Shown: positions 14,776 through 22,172 of the stretch, one piece after another | Position numbering within the stretch: position 1 is the stretch's first letter | Layout: each line of letters starts with the position of its first letter | Source of the DNA: a virus | DNA: 22,961 nt | IMG/VR virus record: IMGVR_UViG_3300028026_000005 | Coordinates: 1-22,961 of that record | Strand: one strand, 5' to 3' | The notes under the pieces: generated by a model | The model's database searches: none | The model's input: the letters and a program-made list of their open reading frames with translations, nothing else | Told to the model about the DNA's origin: nothing | Program-made: the position numbers and the translations under genes

Positions 14776-15243
14776 ATGACAATAAAAATCACTCGTAATC
14801 ACGAACACAAACCTTCTGTAATAGGTACTATTACCGAGATTGAGTTTTCGGAAACTTTCAACCCTAAGTCCTCATGGGTTGTTTTTTTCGAAGAGGTTCA
14901 AGCCGCCATCAGAGATCTTTTCTCGGCGCGATTTACTGTCGAAAAGGTTAGCTTTGTGAAAGCTCCTATTACCTGGGCCGCTGACGTTCTAAGAAGTGCA
15001 GCTATTGCCAAATTCCATAAGCTTAAGACAATAGTACTCGAAAATTGTCAAGCAAAACCTGACTCGAAATGGTTCGGTGAGATTCCACGGTTCCCATTCT
15101 TGGAGGAGGTGTTTTTTCGTGGAACGAACATCTCGGAAGAGCAAGTTAATAAGCTAAGGAAGAAGTTGGCTGGCGTCAAGATTATTATTGAAAGGAGAAC
15201 AAATGGGAAACAAAAAGGGAAAACCAGAGCAACAGACAATTAA
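14776..15243 (+). CDS. Protein with short C-terminal LRR segment
   Basis: GGAGG RBS; KLKTIVLENC and FPFLEEVFFRGTNISEEQVNKLRKKLAGVKII. Confidence 0.75.
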   Translation: MTIKITRNHEHKPSVIGTITEIEFSETFNPKSSWVVFFEEVQAAIRDLFSARFTVEKVSFVKAPITWAADVLRSAAIAKFHKLKTIVLENCQAKPDSKWFGEIPRFPFLEEVFFRGTNISEEQVNKLRKKLAGVKIIIERRTNGKQKGKTRATDN

Positions 15244-15643
15244 TTACCTAATAATATCTGGTAAAATTGCAACAGAAGTTAAGACATGGCTAAATCAGGG
15301 TTACCCGGATCCAGTGTGCCGTTTCACTCTTGCAGTTGAGCATGGCGCGAACGGTGGACAAGCTTGCAAAACAGTGTACGGGACATCGGTTTTTGACGTG
15401 TACTTTGACAGTACGGCCATAAAACAGCAACACCTTGATTTGTTCCGCAAAGGTGTTTATGTAGTAGTTGAAGGCTCGGTATACAGATTGAAGCGTAAGG
15501 TTTCCGAAACAGGAGAAATAGAACAAACCTCTGCACGCATAATTGCTCGGAAGATAAGCCTTGTTAACGCTATAAGTGGCGAGCCACCCAGTGGCTTAGT
15601 TACTAAGACAGAAAGGAATAAAGATGCGTGCAACAAAAAATAA
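15203..15643 (+). CDS. ssb: Single-stranded DNA-binding protein (OB fold), no acidic tail
   Basis: AAAGGAG RBS before ATG 15203; INYLIISGKI...CRFTLAV...FRKGVYVVVEGSV...ARIIARKI follows the SSB pattern. Confidence 0.75.
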   Translation: MGNKKGKPEQQTINYLIISGKIATEVKTWLNQGYPDPVCRFTLAVEHGANGGQACKTVYGTSVFDVYFDSTAIKQQHLDLFRKGVYVVVEGSVYRLKRKVSETGEIEQTSARIIARKISLVNAISGEPPSGLVTKTERNKDACNKK

Positions 15644-15890
15644 AAGTTTGCCGCCTTTTTTAGCTAGTCAATATTTTGAATGGGGACATGTTGTACTAGC
15701 CGGGATATTGACTGAAGTTGAAAACAATCAGGTTAAGGCGAGTATTTACCTAACAGTTTATGCAAGCAGTAAATGCGAAAAGTCATCTCCCATGATTGTC
15801 AACTTGGACGCTGGGATTTTCAAAACTGCTAAAGATGCTACCTCGTGGGTAAAAAATAACATAAAAAGGTATGCCTCAGCTAGTAAATGA
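15624..15890 (+). CDS. Hypothetical protein
   Basis: AAAGGA RBS; overlaps the end of ssb. Confidence 0.65.
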   Translation: MRATKNKSLPPFLASQYFEWGHVVLAGILTEVENNQVKASIYLTVYASSKCEKSSPMIVNLDAGIFKTAKDATSWVKNNIKRYASASK

Positions 15891-15899
15891 AGCGCTAAC

Positions 15900-15927
15900 T
15901 TGACAACGCTGGAACAATTGGTATAAT
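15900..15927 (+). promoter_or_regulatory. Near-consensus sigma70 promoter with extended -10
   Basis: TTGACA (15900-15905), 16-nt spacer ending TGG, TATAAT (15922-15927). Confidence 0.85.
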
Positions 15928-15966
15928 ATGTTTATCCGTTAACGCCGATAGGTCGGCAGAAATATC

Positions 15967-16011
15967 GCCCTTCTTCCCGTGTAAGCATACAAAGGGAAGA
16001 GGGGCTTTTTT
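15967..16011 (+). terminator. Intrinsic terminator starting ~40 nt downstream of the -10
   Basis: GCCCTTCTTCCC pairs with GGGAAGAGGGGC (12 bp), followed by T6. Confidence 0.8.
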
Positions 16012-16040
16012 ATTGAAAAGAAGATCTTGAAGGAGGTCAA

Positions 16041-16211
16041 ATGTCAACACAAGAAAAGTTTTTAGAAAACGTAGTGCAAGCTATACAGTCTCTCAAGGAT
16101 ATTTGCGGGGAGCTGTTAACTATGACACAAGAAAACAAAAAAGCTATTCAGGACCTGCGAGAAGTTGTAGAATCCAATTCATGCGAATCTTTTGACAAGG
16201 AGAGAAAATAA
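16041..16211 (+). CDS. Small coiled-coil-like protein (56 aa; not in ORF track)
   Basis: AAGGAGGT RBS; MSTQEKFLENVVQAIQSLKDICGELL...; TAATG coupling to the next gene. Confidence 0.75.
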   Translation: MSTQEKFLENVVQAIQSLKDICGELLTMTQENKKAIQDLREVVESNSCESFDKERK

Positions 16212-16474
16212 TGGCTCAGGCAATAACAAGACGTCCATTTAAAACTGTAAGGGGTATGCTAAATGCTGTGACCAAAGTGATTGATCGCCTCGTTTGGTCG
16301 GTGGATTTCAGTTTTTCTATGGAGAGACATCACGAGGAGTGGGTTGCGACAATCTCTGTTCCTTATTCTTGCATTGAGCATTTGCAAATTGATAGCTACT
16401 CACCTAGCATTAATTGTCAAGTACTCAAAATAGAAGATAATGAACTTAAAATAATTTTCTTCACAAAAGCATGA
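16211..16474 (+). CDS. Hypothetical protein
   Basis: AAGGAG RBS; coupled start. Confidence 0.75.
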   Translation: MAQAITRRPFKTVRGMLNAVTKVIDRLVWSVDFSFSMERHHEEWVATISVPYSCIEHLQIDSYSPSINCQVLKIEDNELKIIFFTKA

Positions 16475-16490
16475 ACGAAAGGAGTCGACA

Positions 16491-17471
16491 ATGGAAAGCC
16501 CTGAGGATGAAGTCATTAAGGAACGGAATAGGATTATAGCCATTTTGCTAGGCGAAATGAACAAAGCTTTTCATGCCCCCTACTCAGAGACTAGGGCGAT
16601 GCGCACCAGCGAACTTTGCGATCGGTTTGGCGGGTTTGCTCTTAAACTGGGACCATCCCCTCGAAAGGCGATACTTGAGTACCTAAATAAGCAATTAGAT
16701 GAGCTTTTCGATTCTGTAAGAGACTTGAGCATTGACGTTGACGAGACATCCATTCAAAGCCTTAGGGAGTTTCCAAATCTGAAGGAATTGCATGTATATG
16801 GAACAGAGACCACGCAAAAAGACCTTACGGAACATATAAGCAATTTAACTCAATTAACAAGGTTAAATATTTCAAACACAGTCGTAAACAATAGCTTGCT
16901 TAAAGCTCTTGCTAAATCAAATAATTTAGAAACCTTGGACATAAATTGTTGTCTTGGCATAACTAACGCTGGACTTGTGCCGTTAACTAAACTAAAGAAG
17001 CTTAAAAAATTGGACATTTCTTATACGCATATTGGCGACGCAGGTCTTGAGCATATTGGCAAGTTTAACAACTTAGAGAGTTTAATCTTATCTTCTACAA
17101 GCATTTGCGACGACGGACTTAAACATTTAGGCAAGCTGACTAATCTAGAAATTCTGCGATTGGACAACACCTCGATTGGAGATAAAGGTCTTAGTTATTT
17201 AGTTAACTTAACTAAGTTAAGAGTGTTGTCTTTATCTTTTACTAGAATTACTAATGATGGACTCAAGTACTTGAGCAAGATGTCGGACTTGAGAAATTTG
17301 GATTTACATCAGACTGACGTATCGAATAAAGGTATTCATAACCTTAATCTTAGAAACTTACCTTACTTAGAGGAACTAGATTTGAGAAATACATCAGTTA
17401 CTGAAGATAGAATAAAATATTTAGGAGTTGATTTCCCCAGTTTGGAGGTTGTTTTTCAACATGAAAACTAA
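16491..17471 (+). CDS. LRR protein with ~9 repeats of ~24 aa
   Basis: Consensus LxxLxxLxLxxTxIxDxGLxxLxx, e.g. LTNLEILRLDNTSIGDKGLSYLVN. Confidence 0.92.
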   Translation: MESPEDEVIKERNRIIAILLGEMNKAFHAPYSETRAMRTSELCDRFGGFALKLGPSPRKAILEYLNKQLDELFDSVRDLSIDVDETSIQSLREFPNLKELHVYGTETTQKDLTEHISNLTQLTRLNISNTVVNNSLLKALAKSNNLETLDINCCLGITNAGLVPLTKLKKLKKLDISYTHIGDAGLEHIGKFNNLESLILSSTSICDDGLKHLGKLTNLEILRLDNTSIGDKGLSYLVNLTKLRVLSLSFTRITNDGLKYLSKMSDLRNLDLHQTDVSNKGIHNLNLRNLPYLEELDLRNTSVTEDRIKYLGVDFPSLEVVFQHEN

Positions 17472-17505
17472 GGACTTTTTAACTCTTTAAACAAAGGAGA
17501 ACAAA

Positions 17506-18243
17506 ATGAAACAGATTATTTTAACAGCCTTACTTTTGCTTACCACATGCAAAGGTACAACACAAAAAGTTACAACACTAACAGTTATATGTAAAGAAGG
17601 CAATTCGGTTGATACTGTAAAAGTTGATGTAACTGGGTTGGATGTTGGAGACTATCTTATCGGCAGCGACTTTTTTCCAGAAGATAGCCTTTTCACTTGG
17701 GATGGTAAAGATATATGGGTTATGGAATGGAAAGCCTCTGTAGCTTATGTAGATAACGTTCCGCGTGCGGTTTGTGTAGAAAGAGGAGACACTAACTACG
17801 TTATACCGAAAAACACAAACGATATAGTTTGTGTAACAAGTTATGGGTTTTGGCCTGAGTCTTTAATCCCTTTACTTATGACGCTAGATACATTTCCTAA
17901 CCTTAAAATGTTAGACTTGCCTGTTACAGACGAAGATTTATGTTTTCTTGCAAAACTTCGTTTGAAAAACTTGCAAATTTTACGGCTTAAAGCTGGTAAA
18001 CTTGCTACTGCCGAACCTATTCTTTTCGACCTAGATTATCATCTCGTAGAATCTACAGATAAATTTTTAACAGATGAAGGGCTTGGTTACCTTAAAACAT
18101 TTAAGAACTTAAAAAAGTTAGTTTTGGATTTGGATATGGGTAATCCAGGTATAACATCAGAAGGAATAAACAAACTACAAAAAGCGTTGCCTAACTGTAA
18201 AATTTATATTGGCAACAAGCTTTATAAGGAGAGGACAAAATGA
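17506..18243 (+). CDS. Putative lipoprotein with C-terminal LRRs
   Basis: Signal MKQIILTALLLLTTC; FPNLKMLDL, LKNLQILRL, LTDEGLGYLKTFKNLKKLVL; cap GINKLQKALPNCKIY. Confidence 0.85.
   Translation: MKQIILTALLLLTTCKGTTQKVTTLTVICKEGNSVDTVKVDVTGLDVGDYLIGSDFFPEDSLFTWDGKDIWVMEWKASVAYVDNVPRAVCVERGDTNYVIPKNTNDIVCVTSYGFWPESLIPLLMTLDTFPNLKMLDLPVTDEDLCFLAKLRLKNLQILRLKAGKLATAEPILFDLDYHLVESTDKFLTDEGLGYLKTFKNLKKLVLDLDMGNPGITSEGINKLQKALPNCKIYIGNKLYKERTK
18166..18243 (+). repeat. 78-bp imperfect direct repeat, copy 1 (copy 2 at 18963-19040)
   Basis: 57/78 identical by hand alignment with no gaps; both copies end CTTTATAAGGAG-N6-AAATGA. Confidence 0.75.
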
Positions 18244-19040
18244 AAAAAATAATTGCAAGCATACTATTCCTAATGCCCTTGGTTTCGATGGCAATAACAC
18301 ACAAAGATATCGAAGAAAGCGTAGCACCATATTTTTCGGGAGATTTGCGTTCTTATAAATGGCATAATGAAACTACATTGGTGCTTATTCAAACTCAAGC
18401 TGATACAACATTTTCAGGGAATATGATTGGTTTGTATTATTATCAATTCCTAACCTTTGGCGCTCACGCTAAGATTATTGAGATGGATGGTATGGTAATG
18501 TTTCTTCCTATCATATGCCGTAGAGACACAACTTTCGATTATAATTTTTATCCTAATCGTTGGTTGCGTTTTAGCCTAAAAAAAGATGAATTGAGCGATT
18601 ACCTATGGGAAGATGAGAACGTTCCTAAAGATTTGCTTTGTGATAAATATATAGACCTAAATGAAGATAGTATATTCCGGCGGAAAATGGCAGCAGATAA
18701 TGAGCCCTTCTACTCTTTAGATGCTTTTGATGTATTCGCTTTAGCGGACACTAACTCTGTATATTACTATACTCATATGGGAAATGATATTTATGAAGTA
18801 AGGGAGTTTTTTAGCCCCGTACAAAGAGTTCTCCCTTGGCTTGCGATGAAAAAGCTTTCAGAGGTGGGTGTTGACTTTAGCGAAATTGACGCAATGATAG
18901 AGAGGCAAGCTCGTGATAGATATGAAGCGAGGCTTCGTCTTTCTAATTTTTATACAAAAGATACAAACAATCTTAAAAAAACGGTATCTCACTGTAAAAC
19001 CTACGTTGGAGACGAACTTTATAAGGAGCTTATAAAATGA
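18240..19040 (+). CDS. Secreted hypothetical protein
   Basis: Signal peptide MKKIIASILFLMPLVSMA; ATGA coupling at both ends. Confidence 0.85.
   Translation: MKKIIASILFLMPLVSMAITHKDIEESVAPYFSGDLRSYKWHNETTLVLIQTQADTTFSGNMIGLYYYQFLTFGAHAKIIEMDGMVMFLPIICRRDTTFDYNFYPNRWLRFSLKKDELSDYLWEDENVPKDLLCDKYIDLNEDSIFRRKMAADNEPFYSLDAFDVFALADTNSVYYYTHMGNDIYEVREFFSPVQRVLPWLAMKKLSEVGVDFSEIDAMIERQARDRYEARLRLSNFYTKDTNNLKKTVSHCKTYVGDELYKELIK
18963..19040 (+). repeat. 78-bp imperfect direct repeat, copy 2
   Basis: TNNLKKTVSHCKTYVGDELYKELIK versus INKLQKALPNCKIYIGNKLYKERTK. Confidence 0.75.
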
Positions 19041-19294
19041 TTTTAGTGTTTTTAGTTGTTATTGTAGCTGTAGTAAGTCTTGGTTGCGGTATATCCTTTA
19101 TACTGCGCGGAAGTTTATTGGCTTTTCGCTTTGATACTACTATCAAAAAAAGTGAAGTTACTGAATTTGATAAGATAAAACCAAGAAGGGAATATAAAGC
19201 CTTTATTTGGAAAGGCATTTTTTGGAGCAGTGTTGGAATGATAGGGTTTTATTTCATCCCTATGCTCCAAAAGCTTATACTAGAATGGTTTTAA
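19037..19294 (+). CDS. Small membrane protein (2 TM)
   Basis: Hydrophobic N- and C-terminal segments. Confidence 0.75.
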   Translation: MILVFLVVIVAVVSLGCGISFILRGSLLAFRFDTTIKKSEVTEFDKIKPRREYKAFIWKGIFWSSVGMIGFYFIPMLQKLILEWF

Positions 19295-19331
19295 CCAAGC
19301 CACTAAGGGGCTTAAACAAAAGGAGAACAAA

Positions 19332-19928
19332 ATGAAAAAGTACAAGAAACACATAAAACAAACAATAAGCTTAATAATAGCAATAAGCTTTGCAACTATA
19401 AATTGTGGGACACCGACACGTATGACTGTAACACCCCCACATCAAACATATTCGCATGTAATTTCAACACCTGTTATTGCCGGCGTTAGTTATTTGAAGA
19501 TACAAGCACCATCCGTAGATTCTTTACGGCGCATTTATTTAGATGGTTGTTGCGTAGGAACAATAGCTACTATTGACAGCATAGGCGTTCTTGCAGGTGA
19601 ACACATCGTAAGTTTTTTCCCTAATTTCTATACTGGAATAAAACAGAAATTAAATGTTGCCAACGGGTCAACCGATACATCGTATGCAGTTACAGTTTTT
19701 GATGGAGCAGACGCTACTGATGTATGGGCAGCAGGAACATACTATGCTTATATCGAACCTAATAAGACTATAACAATCTCTATGAATTATCGTGAAGTTA
19801 CGCGAGTTGCAAATGAAATTGAAGCAACTAGAAGAGCTGTCGCAACAAACGGACTGCTTATAACTGTTGGGCTCGCGATAGTTTCAGTGGTAATTGGTAT
19901 TGCTATTTTTCGAGGCAGTTTTCAGTAA
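19332..19928 (+). CDS. Putative lipoprotein with PEGA-like domain and C-terminal TM
   Basis: LIIAISFATINC; YLKIQAPS...IYLDG..VG......V.AGEHIVSF matches the PEGA pattern; C-terminal LLITVGLAIVSVVIGIAIF. Confidence 0.75.
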   Translation: MKKYKKHIKQTISLIIAISFATINCGTPTRMTVTPPHQTYSHVISTPVIAGVSYLKIQAPSVDSLRRIYLDGCCVGTIATIDSIGVLAGEHIVSFFPNFYTGIKQKLNVANGSTDTSYAVTVFDGADATDVWAAGTYYAYIEPNKTITISMNYREVTRVANEIEATRRAVATNGLLITVGLAIVSVVIGIAIFRGSFQ

Positions 19929-19971
19929 AGGACGACTTAGGACTGAAGCCCTATAACAAAGGAGATCTACA

Positions 19972-20925
19972 ATGAAAGCAAGAAAAGAAGCGACCAAAAG
20001 GGCGGCAGTAGCTGCTCTTGGATTAACCTTAGCGGTAACTCTATTTCTGAGTTTGGCGAGGTGTACAGTGGACGAGCTTAAGAATATCCCAACTCACGCT
20101 GATACACTAGCCTATGAAGAGCTGATGGAAACCATAAGACAGCTTGAAGGCGACTCGGCGGCTCAGGTGTTTGCGGAGACGAAAGTTGAGGAGATATTAA
20201 TAGATACGGTTAGGGTGGAATTATCTGGAGTAGAAAATGGCAATCCAAACACCGTACAGCTTGCGTTAGCGCAGCTGCTTTGTTATGGGCTTAGGCACGG
20301 AATGACGGGTAGTATTAGTGGTATGACGGCTGAAGTCTTTATTATTATTACTACTCCTAAAGATTACCTAAACATGTCGCCCCCTCAACGAACAGCGGGT
20401 GGCAGAGGAAGCTTCCCTTACATTACTGTTAATAGCACTAAGACATTTACGGAAGGGAATAGCGGCACGTGGAGGGGAACTTACTTGTATTCAGGTATTT
20501 CCAAAATTTGTAGCCAAGTACACAGCAACCAAATAGCTGACGGAGACACACTTAACGTCAATTGGACGATTAACATAGGCGGCAACTATTATGTTACGCA
20601 GCGTTCTCAGTTAGCAAAGGTATTGAGTCCTGAGAGCGGGTATGGCGGTTCAATGTACCCTGTGGGTAAGTGTAAAGTTAAGCTGTCTTCTGGTGACGTG
20701 TTACTTGCTCCTTATGCTATGTATGGTGGTTCTGGCAATGATACAGTATTGGTTGTTGAGTATAGGTATACCCACAGTGGTTCAAGCGCAACGATAAACA
20801 GCTTTGAAATACAGAACAGCAACGGGGACGTTATCCATGTATCAAACGACAATAAGCCGGTATCTGACGGAAGTATAGTTAAGATATTTCACAAGGCAGA
20901 CTTTACGATTGGCAACTCAGGATAA
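19972..20925 (+). CDS. Exported or lipoprotein with two related beta-rich domains
   Basis: Signal ending LSLARC; the two domains end similarly (QIADGDTLNVNWTINIG and PVSDGSIVKIFHKADFTIG). Confidence 0.8.
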   Translation: MKARKEATKRAAVAALGLTLAVTLFLSLARCTVDELKNIPTHADTLAYEELMETIRQLEGDSAAQVFAETKVEEILIDTVRVELSGVENGNPNTVQLALAQLLCYGLRHGMTGSISGMTAEVFIIITTPKDYLNMSPPQRTAGGRGSFPYITVNSTKTFTEGNSGTWRGTYLYSGISKICSQVHSNQIADGDTLNVNWTINIGGNYYVTQRSQLAKVLSPESGYGGSMYPVGKCKVKLSSGDVLLAPYAMYGGSGNDTVLVVEYRYTHSGSSATINSFEIQNSNGDVIHVSNDNKPVSDGSIVKIFHKADFTIGNSG

Positions 20926-21062
20926 TGGCTACCATAACAAAGAACTTTAGCGATAGCATCTATCCTGTTATATCCACTTGGGCAGAGCTTGTATCCAACC
21001 CTGATAGGAGTTACTCTACTTCAGCTTATTTAGCGACTGATATGAGGGTGGATCTAACTTAA
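20925..21062 (+). CDS. Short ORF (45 aa), possibly a truncated gene remnant
   Basis: TAATG coupling; MATITKNFSDSIYPVISTWAELVSNPD... Confidence 0.4.
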   Translation: MATITKNFSDSIYPVISTWAELVSNPDRSYSTSAYLATDMRVDLT

Positions 21063-21080
21063 CTCTGATAAAGCGCTAAT

Positions 21081-21194
21081 CCATTAAAACCGCCTTAGAG
21101 ACCCTTAATCCACAATAAGCAACCAACACCATTAAGGTTGATGGTACAGTTAAGTAGAGGGGTGTCTATGACGATGTATGGGCGTTTTAAGTGG
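21081..21194. other. Long imperfect intergenic hairpin
   Basis: TTAAAAC 21084-90 with GTTTTAA 21184-90; TAGAGACCCTT 21096-106 with AGGGGTGTCTA 21158-68; ACCATTA 21128-34 with TGATGGT 21139-45. Confidence 0.5.
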
Positions 21195-21326
21195 TTGGTA
21201 ATGGGTGAATTAAGGCTAGAAAAACGGCAGGACGGCTAATCATGTGATTTTGGGCTAAAATTCTGGGTTTTTGGCTTCTCTGCAAATTTAGCATTCCTGC
21301 GTATAAACTTACAATAAAGGAGAAAA

Positions 21327-21602
21327 ATGTTCCTTGTAATTGTCATTATTTTGGTTATAATTGGTTTCGCGGTAGGCGCCGGCATAAGTCTTGGTGCTTG
21401 GACTGTTGATTCAGCGCGGCTTCGTTTTGGTCGCAATACAGGTAAGCGTGAAAGCTTGCAATCTAAAGTTGGGGATCTCAATCAGACTACTGGCGAAGTG
21501 CAACCAGTTAAGCGTTCATCGTCGGAGAAAGAGACTGAGGCCACTGAGGGGCCACCTGTCAGTCGTTCGGAATCCCCAGCTAAAACAATAATCACAGATT
21601 AA
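21327..21602 (+). CDS. Single-TM protein with disordered tail
   Basis: AAAGGAG RBS; hydrophobic N-terminus. Confidence 0.75.
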   Translation: MFLVIVIILVIIGFAVGAGISLGAWTVDSARLRFGRNTGKRESLQSKVGDLNQTTGEVQPVKRSSSEKETEATEGPPVSRSESPAKTIITD

Positions 21603-21611
21603 GGAGTACTG

Positions 21612-22172
21612 ATGCCTGATAAAAATAGCGATGATGGGATGCATCTAAGAACCCGTGAAGAGGAAGAGCTAGAAAAGCTAGCTGATATAGCAGGGAAGGT
21701 GCGTCATATAAGTACAGGTGATGAGATGAATCACGAAAAACATGAACAGCTAGCTGGTGGGACGTATCAAGAAAAACTTGTTGCCACAGTTACTTTTTGG
21801 CCGCCCTGCAGGACGTGTAAATACGCTGGCGGCGATACTCAACGGTTGACTTCGCGTAGGCTCAAAACATTTCAAGAAGTTGGCAACGTGGACGTTATAG
21901 AGATCAATCAGCAGCAACTTACCGAAGATATGCTTGACTTTGTGTCACGCTGTCTCAATGTTAAGGAGGTGCGATTAGATCATACCAACCTAGAAGACAA
22001 AGACTTGAAATATTTCGAGAAGCTAACCCAGTTAAGGGAGCTTCATATAGACCAGACAAAGGTTACGAGAGCAGGAATCGAAGCTTTAGAGAAAAAGATC
22101 CCTAACTGTGTAATCTTTGTCTCTCAAGAGACATGGAAATCAATAAAGGAGGATAGCCGTGTTGATTGCTAA
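21612..22172 (+). CDS. Protein with CxxC motif and C-terminal LRRs
   Basis: CRTC; NVKEVRLDHTNLEDKDLKYFEKLTQLRELHIDQTKVTRAGIEALEKKIPNCVIF. Confidence 0.85.
   Translation: MPDKNSDDGMHLRTREEEELEKLADIAGKVRHISTGDEMNHEKHEQLAGGTYQEKLVATVTFWPPCRTCKYAGGDTQRLTSRRLKTFQEVGNVDVIEINQQQLTEDMLDFVSRCLNVKEVRLDHTNLEDKDLKYFEKLTQLRELHIDQTKVTRAGIEALEKKIPNCVIFVSQETWKSIKEDSRVDC

Noticed and set aside
21057-21155. Integron attC site (ACTTAAC ... GTTAAGT match RYYYAAC/GTTRRRY)
   Set aside because: No complementary L boxes, no similar sites after other genes and no integrase; likely chance.
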